Shown: piece after piece, positions 37,589-51,799 of the stretch | How positions within the stretch are numbered: position 1 is the first letter of the stretch | Layout of the letters: the number at the start of each line of letters is the position of its first letter | From: Massalongia carnosa | Taxonomy: Eukaryota | Direction of reading: 5' to 3' | DNA length: 64,000 nucleotides | Assembly: GCA_965645245.1 (NCBI GenBank) | Contig: OZ287067.1 | Span: forward strand, 1,488,001 to 1,552,000 | Notes under the pieces: model-generated | The model's database searches: none | Seen by the model: only the letters and a program-made list of their open reading frames with translations | What the model was told of the DNA's origin: nothing | Translations under genes and position numbers: made by a program

Positions 37589-38278
37589 TCAGTTGCGCAT
37601 CCAAGAGTACAACAGTCCGGTCCGAGCTCGCATGCCATATTCGTCCACCTGAGAGGCTGCTCTGTTTCGATGCCTTACTTTAGGGATTCCAAACTCTTCG
37701 CAGTACCGGTAGTACTTGCACTGAATGCCTCCGAATCCTTCGCGTTTTCTGTCAGGAAATTGAGCGTTGTACGCGTTGGTGATATCCTGCCATTCGTATC
37801 CCAGATCAATCCGATGATACCAAATAAAATATACTTCTTCTTCGAGGTACTGCGGTCGGTGCTGACGGCGATCTCTGGTGCTCGACGATCTCGAAGATAC
37901 CGAGGATGTACGCGGGTGCCCGCTCGACGATGAAGATGAACTTGCGCGACGAGGGTACTGAACGTAATCATTATGACCTGTACTTGATGGGGCATTGATG
38001 TTGGCCCTTGCAGTGGAAGCATTGGCTCGAGGGATTCCGCTTTTTTCATTCCCAACTGGATTAAGCATATCTTGGATGGCCATGGTTGGACGATGTGAAG
38101 CCCCGTGGTGTGCCTGAGGAGCTAGGTCATCACCGGAGCGGTGACGATTGATCTTTCGGCCGGAGCCTTGGCTGCCTTCCCTGAGAGGCATACCGTCGTC
38201 GTGGTGAAGGGTGAGGAGGATATGTATGGTTCCGTTTTGGCTCAAGATTGTCTTGTTCCGAGAGGAAAAGACTGTCAT
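37589..38278 (-). CDS. Hypothetical small putative DNA-binding protein (Myb/HTH-like C-terminal domain); start uncertain
   Basis: 229-aa ORF with RPQYLEEEVYFIWYHRIDLGYEWQDITNAYNAQFPDRKR..GGIQCKYYR and a MAIQDMLNP motif. Confidence 0.7.
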   Translation of the reverse strand: MTVFSSRNKTILSQNGTIHILLTLHHDDGMPLREGSQGSGRKINRHRSGDDLAPQAHHGASHRPTMAIQDMLNPVGNEKSGIPRANASTARANINAPSSTGHNDYVQYPRRASSSSSSSGHPRTSSVSSRSSSTRDRRQHRPQYLEEEVYFIWYHRIDLGYEWQDITNAYNAQFPDRKREGFGGIQCKYYRYCEEFGIPKVRHRNRAASQVDEYGMRARTGLLYSWMRN

Positions 38279-41200
38279 GATTCAAGGTATGGTGATGGAA
38301 AGGCCTCGATCTTATATGAAGGGGTTGAAATCTGCCTTGAGTCAACGTACTACACGTAGCGCTACCCACTGATAGACGCCGCCTACGCTGGGGCGTGCCT
38401 CTTGACTGCAGAAATAATCAACGTCTTTTAGGGGCTTTACAGGTTTTCTAAATTAGTTGCAACAGGAGGTGTTGGTAAGCTCCAACGCAATTAGACTCTC
38501 GGGTGGTGCTTGTGGAATTTTACAGCGCCGAAACGAGAACTTGCCATGGATCAGACACACATACCTTGAACATGCACGACCTGGCCGAATGTTAAGCGCC
38601 TATCCTTTACCAGTCACTTTCGATCAGAGTTGCGTACGGTGTGGTGCGGTGGGTTGGCTCGATGACAATGTTCTGGCTTATCAGGGCAGAGGAGGTCAAG
38701 AACTATCTATACCGCTCACTCTCCACCCCACCGGCAAATATAGATTTTCCCTCGAGATTATATGTACGGCATAGGTATACTACTGGCTTCTTGAATGATT
38801 GATGTTGCGAATTCTCTTTTCACCCAACCGCTCTTGATCCAAAGACCGAATCAATTGCTTTACCTATCGTGGAAGTTTTACAGCTAGAGATCAGGAAAAC
38901 GGGACCACCATTCTATATATCGGACGCCCTGCAAGATATCGGCTAATGGCTCGCCAGGTCATCAGACTAGGCTCTTCTCGCTTTTGTCAATTACATGTGG
39001 ATGTTACGAACAGCTGGCCTAGTGTGCAGGCGAAGCATGCTCAAGAGCTAAAAGGGAGCGATGCGGCAGGATGGCGCTCGAGTCCGGCACTTCATTGGCT
39101 CGGCCAATCTTCAGCCTACACCCTTTAGGCACGGGTAGCACTGAATTTCACGGTGGTATCGCGTTCCTGAAGCAAAAATTCTCGAGAAAATTGTCATGAA
39201 GGCATACTGAGACCTCCTTTACGATTATGCAGTCATTTAGATACAAGGGTTACTAGCTTCAAAATGCTGCATTAGCCCCGACGCTGCTGCAAGCCTCAAA
39301 TGCGATGCACCTGGCCGATTAAGTCCAGCTGCCTAATCACAGCCCTTTGAATCTGCGTCTGTCGCTGAGGCTGAGGTAACCGGTCGCTCCGCAAATGAAA
39401 CGACCTCCGGGGGAGGCTAATGCGGTAGAAAGTGTGAGCCACGATGGCCAGCCGCGCGATTCTGGGCAATCGCCGCCGATAATAGGGCCTTCTCCTTAAC
39501 ATTCAGAGCCCTGCTGCAGCATTCATGCACATCGGAAAGGTGAAGAAGCAAATTTCGTACATGGGTATCCAATCACGTGTGGACTGTCCTGCCTGCTGAC
39601 CAGAGTTGAGCATCTTGACGAGCATGAGCATTACCAATTTGGTCGACTTACTAAGCAGCCGGAATGAGACATTCACCCAACCACATTACCGATGGGAATC
39701 CCTTTTTCATCTGCGCCTTGAATTGACTTCGATGACCAATTGCATGACGAGTTCAGTGTTATCTAACGCTAGCCAGAAGCCTTTAGATTTGGACGATTCA
39801 TCCATATTTTGCCGGCTTGAAAGCATTATGCAGGTCGTGCCGCAGCCATGCAGAGCGTGGCTTTCTTTCTATACACAGACGCGTAGGGACGCCACTCACA
39901 ACGCTGCATTATGCGCCCATGACAGCAATAGTAGTCAGAGAGAGTAAAGCGTTCAGTTTGCTGAATTCATTGGTCTACACATTCTAAGGCTTTTTTCTTT
40001 CTTTTCAAATCGGATTTCCCGCGTCTCTCCTGCCGTTACAGAAACTTGGCTCTTTTCGGACTCGCCTATCCAATCGCCAAGGCGGTGTTGGACGTCGATC
40101 TTTCACCGCAGCCATGTTTCCAGTATCAAGCAGTGTTATGTTCTAAAGCTTCCAACATTCCAGTTCACAAGCCTCAAGTTGCGCCCAATCCTTCCTAGTT
40201 GATCAGATTATTAACGGTAAATCGAGAGTCCGGTTTAGGAACTGGCGGTACATGTTGTCATCGTGGCACGACGTTGGCTCTTCACCTAACCCCATAGCTT
40301 TCTTCAAGACCTTTCTTGCCGGCCTGAAGATCCCAATCTCGGCATTTTACATATTGGTGATCACCCAACCTCAACCTTTTAGGGCTGACTTAAGCTAACG
40401 TTCCTTAAGCTAGCCAGCTGCAAGGGCGGCGTCTGATACTGCACCAGGATGAACGTTTTCACACCCTATTCGGAGGTCATTGGCACAAAAGCAGTTTTCG
40501 GCAGTCTTGCCATTGGAGATTCCATGTGACTGGTGGAATTCCCGCGCGAATCTCGGAGTCCGCACGATTCGCACGTCAGTCTAGGAACCATTCTAGGGTC
40601 AACGTGTTACTCATTTACTGGTCGTCGACCTCCACACCGCGGCTCAGGGCAATTAGTGCTCTGGATTAGGCGCCGGATCGAGTTAAAAATGATGTGCATC
40701 GTTGGCGCAGTATTTTACACCGTAGCAGGCCAAAGCACGACCCTGCCATGGGGAAGGGCTGAGGAAACCCAAAGGCCCTTTCCAGAGGAATACCATGCGA
40801 TTTCGCGTGGGATTATGATGGATCACGATCCAACAAGTTTAAGGTTGCAGAAGGATGAATGCCTCCTTTGAAGTTTCGGCAATGCCGCCACCTTGAATGT
40901 TTCTGCTGCCTCGCTTCCAACAATTCCTCTCCTTTCCAGCTCAATCCCCTTTGCTTTGCCAAGCCATGTGGGCCGACAGGGGGGGGGGTTTAAAACTCGA
41001 TTATTCAAATCCTGGGATGGGACATCTTCGGCGTTAAGATGCTAGAACAAGCGCAAATTTGTCCGTGTGGCTTGTTCCAGCTGAACCATCAGCAGGCCGG
41101 AAACGGAAAGGTTGGTCCTTCCCTGCAGCTTCATGGAGTTTCTTCTCCCCGACTCCCTTTGCGCTACCTATGTACCGTTTTTCGCTTGACTCTTGACTCT

Positions 41201-42133
41201 TGACTCGGTCACCAACTCATGCGCATTTTAATTCCCGCTCGATCCATCATGAGGATTCAGCAGCCGTCAGGCCCTTTTCGTTGTCCCTTCCCACCGCATC
41301 AGGCCATCGATGTTGCTACGTATGGTCTTCAACCACACATGAAGAACTGACAAGCAATCCTGCTCGTTGGTTCTTGGGGGGGGTGGATTCCTCACGGACA
41401 GCTCTGTTTTCGTTGATGCTATGCTCGTGCTTACATCAGAGTTATCACACGTCATGACCCTACTGGCTTAGTCGTTACGTGTGCTGTCTGTCTCAGCTGT
41501 AGAGTATGTTTGATATAGATGAACATCATAGGGCGTTCCCGCTCCATTCTCTATTTCCTCCTCATCCTCCAGGATCTTCCCCCAAAAGAAACGGCCAAAA
41601 ACGTACTCAACTACACTATCCAACCCCTTAACCCTCCATTTATACCCAATTTCAAAGCTCACTCTCTCTACATTCCCAACGGTCAAATCACCCATCCCAT
41701 CGACTCCGCACCACCTCCCTACCTCGTTCCGTTTCTCACCTGTCTGCCGCAAGCGCTGCTGGGCATACATAACCCCAAATATCCATTCAAACCCAGCCAG
41801 ATGACATCGTCAGCATCGTCATCCATGTAGGTAGTCACGCTTTACGAGCTCAGCTGCACCGAAATCTGACCACCGTCGTCACCTTGCCTGTCTACCAGCC
41901 CACCAGCCCACCATCCAAAGACCACACAACACGACACCAGAAAGCAAAGATCATTCGTCGACTAAAGGCATCCATCCCAAAGATCTCCCCATTACACATC
42001 CACACATCCACACGCTTGAGCGAAACAGATATCCCGTGGGTCGGGCCCCGTAACTTAACATAACAGGATACCTATGTAGCAGCAATAGTAGCAGTATATT
42101 GTACCTACCTGCTGTACCGTGGTTATCTAACTA

Positions 42134-42303
<170 letters not shown>

Positions 42304-42899
42304 ATTAGTGATCCCTCACGGTTCCGATAACTAACCACCGCTCCATCGCGGGCATTTCCGGTGGGGAGAAAGGGTTGCATGTATGTATGGATAGATGGAT
42401 GGGATGGATACTTACATCTCCCTACTGATGATCTGATCGATCTTCTGAGCGGTCGTCCATTGAGGGGTTTGCATGCCCTGACTAGCCCTTTTGTAGAATA
42501 TGATTTTTTTATTTATTTATTTTTTGTAAAGGGGGAGGGAAAGGGAGAGAGACCATTGATCGTCAGTCACCCACTTTTGTGGGCGATATGATGGAGAAGT
42601 TGAAGTTGAAAAAAACTTTCAAAATGAAGATGAGTTAGAGAGGAATTAAGTAGTGAACTTAACGGAGGATAACTATGTACTTCAACGTAGTGATCAATCT
42701 CCCCCTCCCCCTTCCCCCGGGGATGCTCGCGTGAAATAAATATCAAACGCTCAGAAGTCGTCGTTTTATAAGGCTGGTTGATCGTACTCGGAAACGTGGC
42801 TAACTCGCATGTTCACCGGAACTTCATTTATCACTTCATGTACTCTCTGGTTATTCTCTCCTTGTCGCCCCATTACCTCGATTATCTCGTCGACCTCGG

Positions 42900-43360
42900 C
42901 TTTTCCTCCTCCTACTCCTTCCGTCCCTTCCACCTCGTTTTCACCTCTTCCTCTAGCCCTTGCACAACCCTCATTCCGCTGAAAGCCTTCATGTTCGAAT
43001 CTGGAAAAACTCCCGCGGAGCCGAAGCCCCAAAATTAGCCTCTTGGGGGGTACCCCGGTTTGTCCCTTGCGTCAGGTGAACGGTCCTTTTGTTTTCACCA
43101 CTGCCGGGCTGTCAACGTTCCGAATCGGATTGATCGGTCGGAGGATCATCGCATTCAATCATTCTCTGAAGGAGTACGTTCAAGAGGGTTGTCTTATGGA
43201 ATCGGAGGGAGGAGCCCGAGGCGGGTTGGCGGGAAGCGAAGGGCGAGAAGTTTTTCATGGATCGTTTTGTAGTTATAGTGTATTCTTCGGAGGCGGCGTG
43301 TTGATTGACAGTCGCAAGAAGAGCGAAACTGATCATTAGATAAAGGATTGAGATCCATGC
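42900..43360 (-). pseudogene. Possible relic of a MULE transposase C-terminus
   Basis: Frameshifted fragments STRRLRRIHYNY and IRNVDSPAVVKTKG...RGSFSRFEH...ARARGRG resemble STKAIRRINSQY and LIVEEPDIIRPRG...RQSSQFER...RARGR of the transposase at 22-24 kb. Confidence 0.35.
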
Positions 43361-43819
43361 CCGAAGGAGTGAAGGTGATATGAACGAAAGTGAGAATAAT
43401 GAGGCAAAGAACTTTGTGAAAATTTAATAGGTTCAGAGGCTATTTAAGGATTTGTAAAGATCCAGTTGATCGAAGTCTTAGCTCGGGTAATCCGGGGGGG
43501 GGGAGATGTACGAGTAGTAAGTAGGGGTGCCTGACCATAAGAAGGGGGTGTATAGACAGCGGGATCCATATAAGAAGTTCGATATAAACTTGCTTTTGAA
43601 CTTATTTAGCATGTCGCTCGTAAGGGTGAGGAAATCCATGTTCCGTTCCTCTATTGATGGATATATTTAATATACATAAGCCCGCCCCACGAACAAGAGA
43701 GATGAATCGCAAGGGAGCGCGAGGCCGACTGAAACCCCCCGTCCGTCCATCTTTCGTTCCTTGGAGAGAGCCATTTCGCCAATTCACGTGGTCATGAAAT
43801 ATTCCAGACTTTGATGGGG

Positions 43820-44070
43820 GTGTAATTCTCCATCCTCCTCAATCTATGACATTGTTCCTCCATTAACATAATCCGACGAGTTCGTTTCCAGGTAGCATTG
43901 CTTCTTGGGATCAAAGTGAGCCAGGACCGGTGCTTCCATGACTTTCTGTTTCAATTCCTGAAATGCCTGCTCACGAACCTCGTTCCTTTCGAATATCTTT
44001 TCCTTCTTTGCTAATGCATTCAGTGGGCCAGCGAGTTTGGAGAAACTCCTTATGAACCGTCGATAATCGT
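43820..44070 (-). mobile_element. Ty3/Gypsy LTR-retrotransposon pol fragment (RT thumb/RNase H junction)
   Basis: YRRFIRSFSKLAGPLNALAKK...QAFQELKQKVMEAPVLAHFDPKKQCYLETNSSDYVNGGTMS*IEEDGELHP. The catalytic ETD appears as ETN and there is a stop. Confidence 0.88.
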
Positions 44071-44913
44071 TTCGCCACTTCATCAGTTCTTGTTCTTTCT
44101 ATTACACACTCTCTAACATTGTCATCCGTCAGAAACTCCTCGACGCAATATGTAGGAAGACGCAACGTGTTCGAACGATTTCTGAATATGGGACGGACGT
44201 GGGTAAACGCAATGCTCGACCAAGACGAAAGACCCGAGAGCCGAGCTCTGCAATATCCGCTCGTTCAATCCCGAAGAAATGTTTGGGGACAATTGCCGCA
44301 CATCGAATTCCACCATTTGACCTTGACCGACCCATGCCGTTAACAGCGATAGCGAAGAAGACGTCCGGAGCCAGTGAGGAAAGGAAGACTTACTCGACCC
44401 CCACTCCCGTTCGGGGTTTTATAGAGTTCTTCATTTGGGGCGACGCGCCCACCGATTTCCCTGAAGCACCCATCCGGAGCCACCACTTGAAGCTTCCGGA
44501 GCTCCATGACGATGAAGTCTCGAGGGATAGAACTGACGGACACCTGACGGACATAGACACAGGCTGTGAGAATGAACCTCTGCCGAAAGAGCGCGGACAC
44601 CATCAGGCATTATCCTCCAACGTCTCAACATAATGCTGTTACACCAGAAGCGGCGTGCAGACGCCCGACCAATATCCTGATGGGCTTAATTGTGGAGAAG
44701 ATGTATATCTTGCGAAAGGCTTACTCTGCTGAAAGAGAAGCTGATGAGATAAGGGGAAGTAGCGTTAGCGTGGAAACTGAGGGGGGTGAGATATGCGCGA
44801 TGCTGATGAACGTGCCCTCACGGCGTGGATGATATCCAGCGGTAGGAAATGCTTGAGAGGGGGCAACAAGCTCGGAAAGGAAAGGAAGGTTGCGAACGGG
44901 ATACTTGAGGTTA

Positions 44914-44957
44914 GGATGGTGATGGGGATGGTGATGGGGATGGTGATGGGGATGGTG
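44914..44957. repeat. 12-bp tandem repeat (GGATGGTGATGG)x3-4
   Basis: Directly visible. Confidence 0.85.
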
Positions 44958-45594
44958 GAGAAGATGGAAAGAAGGAGGAAGGGAAAGGTGTGGATGACGG
45001 ATACATGCAACGGGGTACACTCATTCGCAATCATCGCCCACCAGGCATACGCGTAATGTAAGAACGAAGACGCACAACTGTGAGCAAGAGAAGGAACTGT
45101 GTTTTTGTTACTTACAACCGCTCCTTTGAAAAGTCCATCAACCACGGGACTAACCACCCACAGTCAATTAGGAGGTGTATGTTATATAATATATTTATAT
45201 ATAGAGAAAAACAAAGAAAAGTAGAACCGGAAAAAAGGTATAAGAAGAAACAAAACAAAAGGAATAGAGAGAAAGAGAAAAAGAAAAAGGTGGAAGACGG
45301 AAGATGATGGCGTATTTGTAGTTGCGGATAATGAATGGTGATCTGAGTGAAAACTCGCTTGTGTGGGAAGTGCACTTTGAAGATTAGTGTAGTGATAAGT
45401 TTTGTGAACAGGCAATCGTGTCTTCACAAGTGTTGTGAGTGCGGCTAAAGCTTCGACTGCCGGCTCCCATTGCCGCATGATCCCCATCACAAGCTTTCCA
45501 CGTTGAAACTCTTTAGTAAGTGATAGATAGATCGCCTAGTGTCTAACGATCCAGGCAGGCCCCTGATCAGACATCACTAGTAGAACGCAGCGCA

Positions 45595-46302
45595 ATGGAC
45601 AACGAGCCAGATCAACAGGAGTTGGACGACACATCGGACTACGAGGACGGCGAATCACCTTGCGACAGTTTTGACGATGAGTCGGAGACGGCCATCAAGA
45701 TCAGAGACTGCCTACGCGTAGAAACCGACTCGCCGCCTCTTCTTCTTTCCAACACGGGTGAAACCGGCGTCGACATCAACGAGGATGTCACCACTCCCGA
45801 CGAACTAGCTAAAGGCTTAAAGGGCGAGGGCTCCGAGGCGGAGGGCTCGGACGAATGGGAATCGGACCAGGAATCCGATACGTATACCGTTGCTGAGCTC
45901 ATCAATACGATTAATTACAACAACATCGCTCTACCGGACGAGCCAGAAGTCGAAAATTCCGATATTCCCGGCGAGAATAACAAAGACACCTCGGCGAGAG
46001 GATACGAATTTGTGAGGACGCGGCTTGGACTTGAAACGAATAAGATCATGGATGCTTTTAAGGAGACTCAATGGCCTCTAGATCTTGCGACCGGGCTTAG
46101 AATTGACCCAAAACTGAAGAACGCCAACAAAAGCTCAATCTGCTACGACAGTGACAGTGTTAGGAAGGAGGGAGAGACTGAAGGTGTGGGAGAAGGAGAG
46201 GCGGGAGAAGAACGAAGGGACGAACGGCATATGAAGGTAGAACAGAAAACAACGAACATACAACAAAGGAGCGAAAGTGTGGGAGGAGCAGCGGAGGCAT
46301 GA
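45595..46302 (+). CDS. Acidic orphan ORF (235 aa), function unknown, possibly a truncated gene
   Basis: ATG-initiated uninterrupted ORF, strongly D/E-rich; no family recognised. Confidence 0.45.
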   Translation: MDNEPDQQELDDTSDYEDGESPCDSFDDESETAIKIRDCLRVETDSPPLLLSNTGETGVDINEDVTTPDELAKGLKGEGSEAEGSDEWESDQESDTYTVAELINTINYNNIALPDEPEVENSDIPGENNKDTSARGYEFVRTRLGLETNKIMDAFKETQWPLDLATGLRIDPKLKNANKSSICYDSDSVRKEGETEGVGEGEAGEERRDERHMKVEQKTTNIQQRSESVGGAAEA

Positions 46303-46563
46303 CGAATTGACGTATGGAGAGAGTGTGAAGTAGGGGGAAGGAAATCAAGAATGGCACGAAAAAGCAAACGAAGGGAAGGATCGTGCTAATCCCTCCTTGC
46401 GGGACAATCACGACATTAGAGGCGGTTGATTTCGCGTCTTAACAGTTGTACAACTTCTTCCTGCATAGTATTTACTCGTAAAATGCAATACCTACTGAGG
46501 AAAAGTAACCTAATCCAAACCCCGTTGTCGAGGGACCCTACTCTTTGCATACTGTTAGATAAC

Positions 46564-48104
46564 CTATAGATATTTCTTTGGTCCATTCGCTCGCCGGCGT
46601 TTGTAAACGACATAGGATCCTACCAATAGGAGTTGAAAGAATATGAAAGAGAGAAGGAATAACCCCATTCTCGGGGATTTGGTAGAAATGACTGTGCTAT
46701 CATCAGCGATCTAGTAATGATTTTTCGGAAGAAAAGAGACCTACTCTCGCTCATATGCTGTGGTAAGCCCACGGTCAACCTGCTGTGGGATTCCTTCATG
46801 AGACTATTAAGACCTGAGAATTGCCCTTGATAATCTTGTACAACACTCTCAATGCTCTGGAGTCTTTGATCCATCGCGTTTAATTTGTCTGTTGTCATGG
46901 CGTTTCGTGCCAACTCTTGATGTCGTCCCTCCGACTTTTCCGCAAGTTTGGTGACCTCTGAAAATAGGCTATTTAAGGCACGGGCAATCACTTGCAACCG
47001 GTCATGTAAATCAGCGAATTGTGCTTCTTGCGAAGAGATCGAAGAGGCGACTACTTCTTGAAGGGTTGGTAGAGAGTTTAGAAGTGGAGACGAGGGAGGA
47101 GGGGGGTTGTCTCGTCGAGGTTCTTCTCGTGTGATTGATGACGTGGTTAGGACAAATTTGTAAGCCTCAAATGAGTCCGCAGTTTCGGCCGAGGCGGCAG
47201 AGATGCCGAAATAGTAATCAGAAGGAAGCTTTATCTGTGAAGAGTCAGGCATATCTCTGCTGATTGATTTAGGTAGAGCATACCTTGTCGCTGAAGAAGC
47301 ATTGCCTGTGATCCACAATGACCTCGAAGGAGTTAGGTCCTTGCTTGATCTGAATTGAAGATGGGCGGCCTAGGTTGCGATAGGCGTAGTTGCAGTGGCT
47401 GAACGCCAAAGAATCCACGGAATGGTGATTCTTGTAATCAATACTCTCATCATTCATGAAACCTCGTATGCCTCCGCCCTGATAAACTAGATTAGCATCA
47501 CAATCCTTATTTTTGCAAGCCGTTTCGCTAATGGACCAAACACACCCTTCCCCCGTACATGTCCACAACTAGAACGAATCCATCGAATTTTCCGACCGTG
47601 TAGATACTGGACGTTCCAACATGGGCCTGGCCGTCCTTGGTGTACCATATCTGTAAGTTGCCACCTCCTCTTTCTGGGCCAGTAGCTCGAAATTCGAAAT
47701 CGGCGGTCCATTCTGAATGTGAGACTCTGTATCAAGTTTCAGTAAAGCTCAAATGCGGGAGGAGGGGGTGTGCCTACTTAGAGTCGGCCCATACAGCACC
47801 TCTCCGATTGCCTGGGTAAGGTGGAGTCAAGATAACCTTGTCCGATAGCTTGAATAAATTAGAAAGCCCTTTTTCAAATCTTAGATTTCCTTAACGTACA
47901 AGCTGCGGCACGTAACCTTCTCCAGATAGAGTCCAGCCTGGAATATTGAACTTGTTTGGGGCTAGGCTATGACACTGTCAAGCTTGGTGGCATTTCATTG
48001 CTTGCAGGCACTCACGTTGCCCCATGTCCGAAGCTTGAACTATCGACAATGTATTGCGCTGTGGCTGCGCATATCACAAATAGGAGCTGAATTAAGAGAT
48101 GCAT
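46564..48104 (-). CDS. EMP47: L-type lectin cargo receptor, Emp46/47/ERGIC-53-like (multi-exon)
   Basis: Signal peptide MHLLIQLLFVICAATA, ILTPPYPGNRRGAVW, YFGISAASAETADSFE, coiled coil, TM segment and C-terminal ...GPKKYL* dilysine tail. Confidence 0.9.
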
Positions 48105-48210
48105 GATGAGTTGCTGCGTCACAATACCGGACAATCAAACACAGAGAACCCCAACAGATCATCAATCAAGGTATAGTTGGTGAACAACCCGAGCGTCGTA
48201 TACAACAGCG

Positions 48211-48492
48211 TTATTTCGAGGGCTTCCGTAAGGAAAGAAGGTTTTTTGTGATGCTCGTAATTGCAAGACCAACAACGACAGCGATTACACAATAACGGAA
48301 TTCTCGTGCAATAGATACAGCAGAAGGAGAAAGGTCAAACGAATGCCTTATATTTAATGTTGTGAATGTAACGGCATGTCGTACGCCGATGTCTGATAAA
48401 TCCATTAGCTCATTTGCACCATTGCTACGTTCGTTCCAGGTGTCATTTTCCCAGATGATGCTATTCCCAAATAGGCCAGTGCAATAGGACAT
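48211..48492 (-). CDS. Putative small single-pass membrane protein (ATG 48492 or 48405)
   Basis: ...LNIRHSFDLSPSAVSIAREFRYCVIAVVVGLAITSITKNLLSLRKPSK*: one hydrophobic helix followed by a basic tail. Confidence 0.4.
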   Translation of the reverse strand: MSYCTGLFGNSIIWENDTWNERSNGANELMDLSDIGVRHAVTFTTLNIRHSFDLSPSAVSIAREFRYCVIAVVVGLAITSITKNLLSLRKPSK

Positions 48493-48720
48493 CCGGGCAA
48501 CTCGAAAGGTCCCGTGAAACTTGAAACGTTACATAAAACATATGCTTGGCTCTGTATCATAAATAAAATTACACAAGTACAAAAAGGCTGAAACACGTGA
48601 GCTCGTGCAGCGGGAACATTTAAGGTTATTATTAGCGTGTTCATGAACCTCAAGGCACGGATTTGGTGGTCAATCCTCCTCTCCCATTGTTTTCCCCAGC
48701 CATGCCGATTCCAGTCTCTC

Positions 48721-50501
<1,781 letters not shown>

Positions 50502-51799
50502 TTCAATGATACCCCTTCAGATGAATAAATATATCGCTTTATCACTAAAATTCCAGGTTCTAGAATAAACCAAACTCGCATCATTGCTGTCGCAAGTGAG
50601 GGGAGATGGGACTGCACCTCCGAATCTTGGGGGTGAGCCATGGAGCAGGAAACACGATTTTTAGCTATCGCATGAACACCTCATGATTAGAGAGCTTGGA
50701 TGATCCACGAAAGGAATGACTCAGCCGCAATCTCAGTCAATTGCTTCTGCAGATATAGTTGAGTCGACCTAGGTGTTGTAGTTACTAGTCACACGTCTCT
50801 CCGGATGAGGCTAAAGTACGAGGAGACGATGAAATGCTGTTTGCGGAATGGGGTTTGGAAAGGTGATGCAAGTACGAACGAGGTGCTCTGCTAGTATCGT
50901 ATTGTAACTAGCAGTTTCAGTTATTCCACTCAATCTGCTGATCTTTGCGATCCAAACGAGCCCACATAAGCCGTTTTTATGTGGATGACTGAAGCGGGCA
51001 ATGAAAACCAAGTCGGTAAGAGGGATACAGATTTGGCGGGGGGCGCGGAGAGAGGACGCCTTCCCTTGATGGAATAGGTATCGAAATACCAGAGTACGTT
51101 TTATAATACCACGAAATCTCGTACGAGAACCAATACAAGGGGGTAATATAATAGGAAAGAAAGAAGTGATCAATCAACCCTTCTTCCACTCCAGTCGTGT
51201 GCCAGGCCTAATTCACCCGATCACGCTAAGCGGTTACCTGTGTCAGTTTGTTCCTAGTTGGTCTGGATGGGTAATAAAAGGTCACTAAGGTGGTAAGGGA
51301 CTTTATTTTTACCTTAATGCACGTACCTAGGTACCTTATTCGTCCATCATGTTCGTTTCCTCGTTTTCGCTTTCCTTTTCCTTTGCCTCTTCCACCTCCA
51401 TGTCTCTTCGTCTCCACCACCTCTTGTGTCTCCCATCCACCATCCTACACCCTCCCAAATTACCACCTTCAACCCGCACAGCTCATCTCATACTCCCTTC
51501 GTGACACGTCCCGAAGCCCTGAGACGCGTAGAAGCCCTCCTTTGTAGCTCTCCACGTCTTGGTGCGCACCAGCTTCGGCTTCAACCACTTGGCTGCTTTA
51601 TCCCAAGCCGTCTGATTTTTTATTTACCCCCTGCTCCCCTATCTCATCAACATCAAGTTCGCATCCGTTCCCCAAATTCCCAGAGATTCTAAAGCATATA
51701 TTGAGCGATCTGCACCCAATTGGAATTTTTACTATCCGAAAACCCTTTCTATTAAACTTGCTCGTAAGGCGGCTCTTCTGGCCCCTAGCTCTAGTCAAA

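Noticed and set aside
37298..37933. 211-aa + strand ORF
   Set aside because: TTG start, antisense to the better-supported gene at 37589-38278.
43493..43600. Polypurine tract followed by TG as an LTR start
   Set aside because: No second LTR, CA end or TSD found, and the orientation is opposite to the nearby pol fragment.
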